From: Raillietiella orientalis
Taxonomy: Eukaryota
NCBI GenBank assembly: GCA_036172245.1
Contig: JAYWIR010000004.1
Location: 2,232,001-2,296,000, forward strand
Length of the DNA stretch: 64,000 bases
Direction of reading: 5' to 3'
Below are positions 51,401 to 63,500 of this stretch, one piece after another. The stretch's first letter is position 1; every line of letters starts with the position of its first letter. A model generated the notes under the pieces. It saw only the letters and a list, made by a program, of their open reading frames with translations, ran no database searches and was not told where the DNA came from. The translations under genes and the position numbers were made by a program.

Positions 51401-54400
51401 TCTTGGGATACAGATGTTTCAAGTTTGGAAGGCAAGGATATAATTGTGGAACTCAAAAGAATCAGAATCCCCTCTCTCCCTACCCATGATTTGGTAACAA
51501 CCTTAAAATAATTGATTAAGTGCTTGGTTTCATATGAAATTTAATTTTTAATGCAAGTTTCATAAATAGAATTCCGATGTGTTTTAATTTGTGTTAATGA
51601 AAATGCTGGTAGTTACCAGAAGAACATATTATTGGTTAATGACTTAAATGTTAAATAACTTAACAAAATATATAATTACAATAGTTAGCATCTGTTAACA
51701 GATGTGGGAACTGTTATGCATCTGTACATGTGCCCATACCAATTATATTTAACCTATTATGCCTATAAACAAATTATTGAAAAAAATGATCAAAATCAAT
51801 TTCGGTGCTAGTAGGTTTGCAGATGCAAAATTTTGCAAGGTAGTATTGCGAGTGAATTATGGGAAATTCTCAACTGTGTTTTTGATATTTTAAAAAAATG
51901 AGTCTGCATCATTCTTAAATATGAAAGCATGCAAACACGAGATCGCTTTTTTCATTTTGGTGAATATTTAAAAAATTTTAAAATCTTCACCATGTCCTTT
52001 TTCAGATTCGTAAGACATTTTTCTCTTTGGCCTATTGTGAATCTTGCCATCGGCTGATTTTTCATGGGTGCTATTGTAGAATATGTGGTTCAAAATTTCA
52101 CCATCGATGTATTAATATTAAAAATAACCTATGCCAGTATCCAAGAATGGATTTCTTAAATAAATCGTAAGTATTTGTTTTGGTGCTTTGTTCACTAGGT
52201 GTTTGCATTTTAGTATGTTAACAATAAACCATAAGTTTATAAGTTTTACTTAAGAAGCATGGTTGTAAATTCAATTAGTTTATTTATTATGTCAATGAAC
52301 AGTGAAAACAGTTATTGTCAAATTATGCTGAATGTATGAAAAAAATCATTTTGTTGGTCATTTTTCATTTAATGAATTATTTATGATCGTTAAAACAGCC
52401 TAAACATTAAACACACATTAAATCACTCTGATGAATAGAATAAAAACCCACTTGAGAGTATATATAACTTCTGCAAATTGGTAACTTGAATGAATTTTAA
52501 ACATCATAAACTTAATTTCATGTACTTTTGCATTTGCATTTGATTTTAAATAATTAGTGAAAGTAGGTGAAAATGAATACACTCTTGTTGTATGAATACA
52601 CTTAAGCAGGTTCACACAAACTGACGAATATTCAGCCGTGTTTATCTTTGTTTTGAAACATGTAATCGTCAATACAATGTTCTCTGACGATTACATGTTT
52701 CAAAACAGAGTGAATTCTCATCAATGAAACATGAGATTTGGAATGATTGTTGAGTAAAAGTAGAATTGCATTAATGATGCAAAAAGTTCTATATTATTTA
52801 TACTAAATAAAATATGGTGGAATCCCAATAATATATCTTATTATGTGATACATCAGTTATTGTCTGCACACGTTTCAAAAATTAAAGTCATGAATGATTT
52901 TTTGCTTAGTATCATTTGTTTGCCCCAAATACCCATGTTTGTGAAGATTTTACTATCAAGATGAATGCTTCTCATTCAAGTACATGATTTCTGATTTGAA
53001 AGTCTTTAACCAAGTTTATTTAATTTACTTTTTATATTTTTCAAAAAGAAGTTCCTTTGGAGAAATGTTTCATTTCTGGATTATGGTTTCTTGATAAACA
53101 TATTACTTTTGAGTCTAAACTCCAAACTGAATTGCATATAAAATAACTTAGCTTTAAATTAAAAATGACAGAATTCTTTTTTATATAACAATATCGATTT
53201 AAATGTTGGAATTTTCATAAGTACTTTATTGTGTATGTATTTTATTTTACCAATAAGGTATTAAAATGTGAAACCCTATCTTGATCGCAATTTTAGAATT
53301 GGACACCAAAGTATTCTCTAAAAAGATGAATTACTTATGTCCCTGTAGGATTTTAGATATCTAATTTTAAACATTAATTCGGAAAGCATGATTTTTAGCA
53401 TGTAATGTACATCAAATTTTTCAAATAGATTGATATTTCTTCAATTTACTTTTATCAGTATAGGATTGGGGATCTTTGTCATCAACTTCCTCCTTCTGGC
53501 ATGTTTCATTAAGTCCCATTTCATCTCATGCGATTTCCGGATCATTATCTGTTCAGTGTAAACGGACCATTGAGGATTTATTATTGGGATTTCACTATAT
53601 TTTTCGTAAGTAACAAGCACTTAAGCAATTCTGCGTATGAAAGATTACTAAAAATGATGTTTTCATACAATAATTTAATGATTTAATTAAATGATTTAAT
53701 TAAATGAGGACAGTAATATAAATTAAAGGAATTATCTTTTATGTATTATTTGAGGGGTGGGTAGAAGCATAGATGAGTCAAATAAGCTACTAATCATGCA
53801 ATAATCTTTACAGATTTTTAATTGCATTCTTTCATGTGATCAGTATGCGAAATTTTTCATTCATTAATTGTACATAATTATTACCATTTTGCACATGGTT
53901 TTTCAAACTTTGTAATAGATTATTAGAACAGGAGGACCTGTACATTAAAATACACATCAGCATTTACTAAAATGTTCATAATATAGTGAAATTATCTTTC
54001 AGTTCTAGATGTAGTCAAAAATTTCAAGCCATGCTACCATCATTTCAATCAAACATACTGTTGCCTAGAACTGTACATGCCCCTCTTAGTCATAGGGAAA
54101 GATCAACATCAGCTCCAAACGTTTGCTGTAATTTAATTTCTATGGATGAAACTATTATTGAGGAGATGCATAGAACTGCAAAAGGTTCTTTTCATTATAT
54201 ATCAAATTATTAAATGTTTGTAAACACAAAACTATCAGTCATTAAATGTATTTGCTGTAAGAATTATCTCCTATATTCCCTGGATCATCAGGTAGCAATA
54301 ATGATTGCTTATAAATACTATAGAGTGATATGTAATAAATTATTGAGTATATTTTGTTTTGATGATTTGTATTAACACTGCTTATTGACTTTTTTGTCAT

Positions 54401-55764
54401 TTTTCTTTTGTAAGACAATGGTGGAGTACACAGACCTGCTGATGACCATCATAACCATGTAGATGTATCCACTCAGTCATCACACAATTACAGTCAAAGT
54501 GCACAAGCATCTCCAACCAACACTTTACGTTCTTGGAGACCACGTGCAAGGAGTGCTGATGAAAGCAGCAAGAAAGACAAGTTATCGTCTGCTAGAGAAT
54601 CAGAAATTGAAGACTGGGAAATTCCTATAGAGGAAATTTTAATTGGTCCTAGAATAGGATCAGGATCTTTTGGAACTGTATATAGAGGCCACTGGCATGG
54701 TCCAGTAGCCGTAAAAACTCTCAAAGTAACTGATCCTACACCTGCACAACTACAAGCATTTAAAAATGAAGTTGCAGTATTACGTAAAACAAGGCAAGTA
54801 AGGTGTTTGTTACACACTAAATCCATTATTCTTTGCTTTAGACATGTTAATATACTATTATTTATGGGCTGTGTGAGTAAACCTCAGTGGGCCATTGTAA
54901 CTCAGTGGTGTGAAGGATCCAGTCTATATAAGCATATTCATGTTTTAGAAACCAAATTCGAGTTGCTTACCTTAATTGAGATTGCTCGTCAGACTGCACA
55001 GGGCATGGAGTAAGAGTCTAAATGATATAAAAATCATTACTTTTCATAGTTATCTTCATGCCAAGATGATAATTCATCGAGACTTGAAGAGCAATAATAT
55101 TTTTCTTCATGACGATATCACAGTCAAGATAGGTGATTTTGGATTGGCTACTGTGAAGACACGCTGGTCAGGATCTCATCAGTTTCAGCAACCCAATGGG
55201 TCAATTTTATGGATGGCACCAGAAGTTATCCGAATGATCGATTCAAATCCTTATAGTTTTCAGTCAGATGTCTATGCATTTGGAATTGTTCTTTATGAAT
55301 TATTCAGTGATCAGTTACCATATGCACATATTAATAATAAAGATCAGGTGAGAGTTTGAAGATTGCATATTCTATTTGTCCTTTGGTTTCTTCTCCAGAT
55401 TCTTTTTATGGTGGGAAGAGGTTATCTAAGTCTAGATCTCAGCAAACTTCATTCAGATACACCACTGGATGTGATCCAGCTAATTGAGAATTGTACTAAT
55501 TTTATACGAGAAGAACGTTATTTGTTTCCTCAGGTAAGCAGCCTTTGCAACTATGAAGGTAATGTGAATCCTTTGTAGATTTTATCAAAACTGGAATCCC
55601 TGATACGATTTTTACCACGAATTAAGAAGTGTTTCTCGGAACCAATTCTAAATTCATCTCACTTGCAGAATGATGATTTTTTGTATGCATGCATTTCTCC
55701 CAAAACCCCCATAAATAATCAGTATGGCGCCTTTCCCTTTTTTACAATAGGTCATATTCTTTGA
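48330..55764 (+). CDS. Raf: Raf serine/threonine kinase (B-Raf/D-Raf type), complete multi-exon gene, 734 aa (744 with micro-exon)
   Basis: Exons 48330-48434, 48588-48689, 48768-48948, 50346-50551, 51392-51493, 52006-52166, 54003-54184, (54262-54291), 54415-54793, 54842-55009, 55050-55347, 55399-55533, 55579-55764. Domains: BRS helices, RBD ([11 protein letters not shown]), C1, CR2 (RSTSAPNV) and kinase ([38 protein letters not shown]). Confidence 0.97.
48588..48689 (+). CDS. Raf: Raf exon 2 (BRAF-specific region)
   Basis: [34 protein letters not shown]. Confidence 0.92.
48768..48948 (+). CDS. Raf: Raf exon 3
   Basis: [19 protein letters not shown]; ttcag| and G|GTAATT boundaries. Confidence 0.88.
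50346..50551 (+). CDS. Raf: Raf exon 4 (Ras-binding domain)
   Basis: [43 protein letters not shown]. Confidence 0.95.
51392..51493 (+). CDS. Raf: Raf exon 5 (end of RBD)
   Basis: [24 protein letters not shown]. Confidence 0.93.
52006..52166 (+). CDS. Raf: Raf exon 6 (C1 cysteine-rich domain)
   Basis: [37 protein letters not shown]. Confidence 0.95.
54003..54184 (+). CDS. Raf: Raf exon 7 (CR2 14-3-3 site)
   Basis: [10 protein letters not shown]; exact boundaries somewhat uncertain. Confidence 0.85.
54415..54793 (+). CDS. Raf: Raf exon 8 (kinase N-lobe start)
   Basis: [64 protein letters not shown]. Confidence 0.96.
54842..55009 (+). CDS. Raf: Raf exon 9
   Basis: [42 protein letters not shown]. 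Confidence 0.97.
55050..55347 (+). CDS. Raf: Raf exon 10 (catalytic loop, activation segment)
   Basis: [55 protein letters not shown]. Confidence 0.98.
55399..55533 (+). CDS. Raf: Raf exon 11
   Basis: [24 protein letters not shown]. Confidence 0.95.
55579..55764 (+). CDS. Raf: Raf terminal exon
   Basis: [40 protein letters not shown] at 55833 and 56052. Confidence 0.92.
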   Translation: MLSKLESLIRFLPRIKKCFSEPILNSSHLQNDDFLYACISPKTPINNQYGAFPFFTIGHIL

Positions 55765-56069
55765 CAGCCAGGGAAGATAGATGCTTTATTGTAAGAATGT
55801 TTATGATGGTTATATGATTCTATTTGTGGTTGAATAAATCTATAGTAGAAGGCTACCTGGTTTTTTGTAATGTACCCAAGATTTTTAATTTCAGTCCAGA
55901 AGTGCTTATTGTGTTGCGAATTGGAATTTGTATTCTTGTTGTCATTGCTGATATGTTTGCTTTATTAATTGTAGTTCATCCGCTTCTTTTTTTCATAAAT
56001 CCATTTATTAGCTACTCTACAAAAAAGACAGCTTTTGTATGAAATGTTAAAAATAAAAAGACATGCTAT

Positions 56070-57739
56070 TTCTATCCATAGCTCCAGCAGCAAGCTTAAC
56101 ACAAATAGCACTTTGATCAGCATCTACAAACTGCTCACTATCTGTAGAAACATTCATTAACCATCACCACTGGGATAATGAACAGAAGACACTTATGCAG
56201 GTGGCTCACTTTTTGCTTTTCTATGTCCAAAGAAAAAAAATTTAGGGGCAGATGGTTTTTCATGGCTTTTCACAACAACCTACAGGAGCACTTGCACTTG
56301 AAGACATTGAATAACATCCTGGTTTTTCATCACCTCGATCAAGAGACTTTTTAGGTGACATCTTCATTCAAAGCCAACCTTTTTGACACAAAACACCACT
56401 CCTATGCTCCTTTTCCAGAGATTGATTACTAGGTTCCTGTATATTTTTAGCAAGTGCCAGTAACTGTGGCCTATTAGGTTTCTCCTCCAGAGATCCACCA
56501 CAGGCCCCCTGCATATTTTCATCAATATCTGATCTTCCACTCATTCTGGGAGCATCTAACAGGTTTCTTGCATTCATTTGCAACATAGAAAACCTTGCCA
56601 CCAACTTGGCCCTGGGAGACCCCTTCTGCGCTGATACTTCATCCAATAACTGACTAGGAAGCTCAAAATCAATCTCTATTTGACCACTACTCATTGATTA
56701 CAGAGTTTTCTATAATCGCAGGAATTAAAAGCACAATTTGTCTATCGGAAAAAGCATATACACCACCAAATCCACCTGACTGTGTGGCTTCAGTTTGACC
56801 TCTAACATTAGGCAAAAGATCATGACGAAACTGGGCATTAATATTATCTGACTCCATGCAATACATGTACCTAAAACTACTACCATCCCTGACCATAGGT
56901 ATAAAAGCAAAGTGATCTCCTTAACTTACTCCATCTTTATCAATAAACTCATCATAGTAATATCCATAAATTGGTATTCCAGTTAAAAATCAGATTAGCT
57001 GGCACATGGCATTTTTGTAGCTTTCAACTTTTAAATCAACATTGCTTGGAAAGTTAAAGTTATACCGTCTCCTTTTTAAAAACCTCTGTTACACTTCTCA
57101 CAAAACCAATATCTTTAAAACACATCTTTAATATCTTTAAACCAATATCTTTAATGCCATCAATATGATAGAAATCTAAATAATTATAACCATACTCTTG
57201 CACTTTTGCTCGAAGTACTTCTACAAAATACGCTGCACATTTGGACTATCAAACAACAAATATTGTATATAATGAGACGACCCGCTTATTGACACTGGTC
57301 TTATACTTTTGTTTAACATCTCTTCAATAAGTTTTTTATCCACATGAGTTTTTTCATTAATTTTTGTAATTACCAGTCTTTTTATAGTAATTCTGAATTC
57401 CTCAGCGAAGTGCAATTTGAGATTAAAGATTATTCCAGAGACCCTAGGAACTGTAAGCTGAGCTGCTACTTTGCTATGCGTCCACCTTTCTTCATCGGAA
57501 TTAAACGGAAAAGATGCAAGATGGAAAGTGACGAGCTACAGACTCATACGAAAAATATTCCCTACCAAGTCTCTTGCCATCTGTGATAAATAACTCTGTG
57601 CAGCGCGCCTATCACACTTAAAATTAACGACTATATTGTTGCCCTCCACAACAAAATTAGTACTGGTTTCGGAACAGTAATTACTGATGTTAAATCCAGT
57701 AACTAGCTGCTTAAGAAAACCCAAATTATATCCACTCAT
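56070..57739 (-). pseudogene. Intronless disrupted ORF, putative Wolbachia-like (endosymbiont-derived) hypothetical protein gene
   Basis: Adjacent ORF-track pieces 57536-57739, 57221-57415, 56687-56896 and 56368-56694 join into one protein-like reading through isolated stops and about 3 frameshifts. The taxonomic origin is my recollection-level inference. Confidence 0.5.
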
Positions 57740-59641
57740 AACTAGGAAGCGATGCTTGATGAGAGATATTAGCTCAAAGTTCGTACACCAAGTCAGCGCA
57801 TATCAAGGATATGTACGAGGGTTGCCAATGCAGTATATTTGTATTGATTTCAGATTTTTACAATTGTTTACTAAATGCAGTGTCCGTGTTCCAATTCTAA
57901 ATGATACAATTTGTTCCGCGGTTATCAACAGGTTTCCCGACACTTTGCCAGAAATGAGTGATATTCCCGATGAAACAGTTTTATTGTTGTGGAATGGCTG
58001 TTATTTCTTACGTCTGACGTAGTCTAGTTTTAGAATATATAATATTCTGTATACTAAGTGCTTCATGACTTTTAGGTGTCAGTCGACCCTATGCGTTCAT
58101 TCATCCAATGGAAATAACGGGGTTACGTGCGCGCTTGCCGCTTTTGTTGTTTACGTTCCCAAATGGTTTCATGTTGCATGTCGATGCTTCTTGCATCTTC
58201 CAACGGAAAACATCATTAATGAGGGTGCGTTCAAGGTGGAAGCTTGGTTTGGAATCATTAGATCATGAAAATGTTTCTGATCATCCTTATTTGAATTTCG
58301 AAGCACAAGAAGAGACAAGATTTTTGAGCATGTGAAGTATTAGTTCTTTGGTTGTATCTATCTTTTTTTCACTTGTGTCCCCTCTCCATAAGTTTCATTA
58401 TGATGTGTGTCATCAATGAAGAAGCACTCGGGAGTATAATGAGCATAGGGGTGCGAACATACGGTATTTCGAAACAGATCTAACAAGCCCACACGTTTGC
58501 CATTTTGAGCATGCTCTTCCCTGCTCACGGCATTCATCTGCTCAGTCTCGAAACAGATACCGACTTGTGTTTAAAAAAAAACAAAAGAAACAAATTCCGC
58601 ACCCTCAATAGACGGAAACGTTTCTGTAGAATGAATCCCTTGAAATGGGAAGATAAGATAAAATTGCAAACTGGAGCTTCGAATATTCCGAGATTGAAGA
58701 TGACCAGAACGATGGCATGTGAATATTTTCGGTACAGTTTACACCAAACTTGCGTGTTTTCTCTTGATGATCCCCTCTGATTGCCATTCCTTTTCTCGTA
58801 TCTGAACTCTGTAATTTAGATACGTGTTGCAATAATGCACTTAAATTGCAGCAGTGGTCCCCAGACTGCTTGCGAAGCAGAGCCGTGCAACCTTCGAACC
58901 TGAAGACGATGCAATTTAATGTTGGTAAACGACATGATCTTCCTGTTTTCCAGTCTAGTAAACGTTTTTTTTCTTCTTCTGACATCACCCTTCACTCACT
59001 TCTGTATTAAATATTTGCCGGATAAGCCTTGGAATTCAGACACATGGTCCTTACAACATGCGTTTCGACCTGCTTGATGGTAATACTTGTTATGGTGAAT
59101 GCTTTAGTCAGTGTACAGCTTTCTCTTCTCGTACTCTGAGTCAAGGCTCATAAACGCTGAAAAAATTGTGTGAGTCTCAAATTTCATAAAATTCTATAAG
59201 TGACTCCCAACATAAGTTTCCCTGGTCACATTTAACATCCGTTCTTCTACGCAACATTAAATAAAATGTATCCATCAAATTGGAGAGTTAGAGTATATAA
59301 CTAACTTTCTGATCCTTTTTAGATCCAACATAGATCCAATCCTTTTTAATTTAGAAATCCATATGCACTTATGGGATTATTCGATAATAACCATTACCGT
59401 CAATGTAGTAAAAAACAAACATTTGAACCATTTATGCCGGAAGTGATGTCATGATATGATTACTTCTGTGTAGCACTTCCAAAAATATAGAATCTTTAAA
59501 ACACTATCAAAAAATAAGTAGGTTATAGCAATCAATCCCTTTTTTTTGTTTGTTTGTTTTACTTCAACAAATGTTGAAAGCTAAGAGTATTCAAGAATAG
59601 TATCTGATTTCATCATATGAATATTTCTTCTGCTATGCATG

Positions 59642-59660
59642 CACACACACACACACACAC
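59642..59660. repeat. (CA)n microsatellite
   Basis: cacacacacacacacacac. Confidence 0.85.
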
Positions 59661-62600
59661 CCAAAGCAGTAGCATACAGTAAAAGATTACAAAGTCATCA
59701 ACTAAAATGTAGTGGCGATTTTACCACAGTATTCCAATTTGAACTGCAGTGTGTCTTAAGAAATGAAACATCTTGCACTTCATCTTGCAGCTTTTCTATC
59801 ATTTAGGGCTCACAATCAGAAATCTGGTATCGCCCAGGTGTGATGCAAAAAGCATTCTGGACGGAAATTATCCAGCGAAAGTTTATTTTACAATCTGGAA
59901 AGGGTCAAAAATAAGCATGATTGATTAATAATATGATTTCATACAGTCTCTATTATAGTCGTTTTAATTGACTGAATTTTCATCTTTGCATCAACCACAA
60001 TAAGGGTCCGTGGAGAATCCTACACATTCCCAGAATCCTAAAGATTTTCCATAGATCTTAACATATCGCTCAAAATAGAGAATCGGTTTTCAACCTCATG
60101 GAAATGTTCCGTGCAGAAAATAATATGACAGAGCAAAAAAAAAATCCACAGGAAAGAAATAAACGGAAATGAGTCTGAGCGGGTCCATTTAAATGCGAGC
60201 AGCATACAACGAATATGGCACAGCTAAGTGTTGAAACACTTATTTAGAATGCTCCAAAAGTAGAAGAGGAATTCCATAAAACATATAGAGCACACGTCGC
60301 GTTTCCCACTATAAATATAAGTTCAATAAAGAAAAGTTGTTTCTGATCCGTATCTGAGTTCCTTCTGCAAAAGATCTACGAAATCAAAACTGTGCATAGT
60401 GATGCTCCATAGTGATGCCTTAGTCTTCAGAGTTATATGGAACTCCTTTTGCGGTAGTTCTTATGTACGTGATTGAAAGTATTCAGATCACAGAATTTCT
60501 ACGGGAGCAGGGGTTCATATGATCTCTTTTTGTTGTGTACATTTGAGGGATCAGTATGCTGCTTGTCACTTGTCATTATAAAATGATCATGTATGTTGAT
60601 AAAATGATTGCTGCCTCAGGAGAAAATCAGCAAGTTCTAGACACTTTTAATTTTTCTTTTACATTGGATGGGAAGTTATTCATCCTTAAAGAATCATCTT
60701 TGAATTCCGAAGAAAGAATACATTTCGAGGACAGTACTTGAAGGGGGGCACTTATAATTTCATAATTTCAAACAAATACAAGGTATCGATAATATGGTGA
60801 GAGTTATCATGATATGATTTTTGTCATTTCCACGGAGTAGGCCTCGTGCTTCATAATTGATGTTAACTGTTCACAGAAATGTGTTAAAGAGATGCAATGC
60901 AAATCTGATCGGTTTATTTTGAAAAATCTAGTTCATCGATTTGTATTTCCTGCAACTTTGACAGTAGCAATAAACGAAAGAATGAAAATTTAAATTTTTG
61001 AAATTTGATTGCAACTCTTTCACGTGGCTGCTACACCTCGCCTCACCCCAAGTCTAGGCAAACAGTGTAGCAGAAAAATTAAGATAGGACAGAACTGCCA
61101 AATTCTTTGATAGTCGTTCAAATTAACAGACATAACTGTTGCTTCACAATAATTCCGTTCTTAGCTCTTATTTATATAAACGCAATTACCACCGAGTTTT
61201 TGTATCTTATTTTGATTTCGATTTTGCAGCTGCAACTGTTCGAAGTAGTTTGTCAGATCAAGATGGAAGGGTAAAGGTCAAGCATTCCTGAAGATATTAA
61301 AGAGCAATGTCTTACTTCAACCTCATACTCCTTAATGTAAGTGATCAGGGGGTTCAAGTGTTTTGAATGTGCAGATCTTCTAAGCAATTGTGTTTAATTC
61401 AAAAGAAACCTGTACTGATTTTTGGATGGCAGTTTTCACTGTAAATCTGATACTGTTAGAAATCATTCAGCCAACAACGGTACAATCATTATGATCGGAC
61501 TGATGTCGACGTTTTTGATTAGTGGCTTCAGTATTTGATACAACCCTTCAGGATTTTCGTATGGACGATTACTCCAATAGTTGTGGAGAGGCAGTGTGGA
61601 ATTTCCAACCTACCAACAGCAATAATCGAGTGATCTATAGGGGATAGTGTCAAGATTACTTCTTCTGAATCTTTGCTTGATTTTATCTTTCTTAGAGCTT
61701 GATATGCAGTTCATACCTAAAGATGAAATCAATTCTAACCTCCAAACTTTTTGAAACTTATCAAATCCTACTAATCTTATTTATCTTCCCATATATTGAA
61801 TTCAATCCAGGACAGCTTCTTAGGAATACCTGAATAGATGTCTCAGTCTTTGAAATTGCTAATTTGATGATCTCATTTATCTTCCGAAAAAACCTCACTG
61901 AATCCCTGCTTCCAAAGTGCTGCAACTGATGTACACCACGAATCAATCCGTGGAACACATTGTGGACAGCTTAATTTTAAAGGGATCTGTCCACATATAC
62001 CGTTTCCTTGAAGACTTTTTGTGACACAAAGGTAATAGAACATCCATAGTGGCTTACATCAAGTTATTCCAAACATAGCTTGCACTGAAGACCCACGATT
62101 ATCCAACGTATATTATAAAGGCATTGGAGAGAAGTATTTCTTAAGGATGCCAGCGTCTTCTCTATTTTTCTCCAACAATCCTCTTGACTTTCACAGCAAC
62201 GAGATTTCTTATCTTTGCACGTGTCCCAGATATTGGAGATTCTTAATCAAAGCCTGACAATTTGTAGAACCAACTTGCAGTTCTGTACAAAGCTTACAAA
62301 AACTACAACTTGGTTCAACCCACTTTGTATGCGGTGTCACTGAATTTGTCGTTGTGGTATCTGATAAACCAACGAAAGTGGAGCATCAAAGGTAGCACCT
62401 AACTTTCATCGCCCAGAAGAAATAATGTGTATGAAACTTTATTGGATGAGCTCAATTCCTTTTCAGTACGTTTCTTTGTATTCACATAGGCGTATTCATG
62501 TAAGTCGATAGGATGAAGGTCGAGTTGCTACCGCCAAAGTGTCAGTGGCATTCCCGTCTTCTAAATGTCAGTAGCACACGCAAGGCTATCAAAAACAGAT

Positions 62601-63149
62601 TCTGTTGTTGTTGTTCCCTCCGCTACTTGCTGTTGGTTCTTGGTATTAGTTTGATTCTGCTTCCTTGATAAGCCACGCCTTCGATGCATGCATTTTCTGG
62701 TATTCGTTTTTGTATCTAAAACTTATCTTTATAACTCATGTTGGTACGTTGGAAGTTTATGCTTACGCAGCTGTTTGCGGGAAGGTGGGGAATTTTGGAT
62801 GGAAATCACCTTTTGTCTGCAGATGGGTAAGTTGCTAACGACACTTATCCTTTTGGATAAGTGTCGTTTTTTCAGCTGGGCTTTAAGTAGTTCCGGCACT
62901 CTTTCACAATAGAACCGACTGTTTCTTTATGATGAATCGATCACATTGCCTTTTCCTTCCGTAAACCCCATCGATCAGTCTACCCACAGCCTCATCACTA
63001 ACAAACTACATTGAACAGTTCGATATAATGAAAACACTAAAACAAACGCTTTGTGTTTTCTTCATTTTCAGGCTATTGATTCGGAGACTGAAGTAGAGTT
63101 GGTATCATTATAGAGTTGACATGACCCAGTTTTCCTTACTAACTCTAAC

Positions 63150-63500
63150 CAAACCAGTTGTGCCAGTTTGCTTTTCCCTTTACACGGAAGAGAACTGACT
63201 TATTTTTATTACCATTTAGAACCCGAAAACTAGGGTCCGAAATCGATTCAAAAGTTCTTTCACCGGGGTGTGAATGAGAGCGTTCTCGAGCACCGTGGAG
63301 CATGAAAGCATAGGCATGAAGTGGCGACACGCAGCTCCACTGTATCCGTTGGCATGGTGCTACCGCTCCAGCACAGCAATTCCCATCTCTGGTCTTACTG
63401 CTCTAATAATATGATGCTCAAAGATCATTTCCGAGATCTTCAGGAGTAAAAGGGCGACAACATCTCTCAGAATTGTTGGTCTCTTAGGTGAAATAGGGAA
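63150..63500 (-). mobile_element. Degenerate LINE RT remnant
   Basis: RPTIL..KISEMIF, QWSCVSPL (QGSVLSPL-like) and LNGNKNKSVLF in RT order; heavily decayed. Confidence 0.3.

Noticed and set aside
58605..58988. 127-aa minus-strand ORF
   Set aside because: No motifs or splice support recognised
61740..62500. Coding-like Cys-containing stretch on the minus strand
   Set aside because: Many stops and no identifiable motif; cannot be assigned without a search
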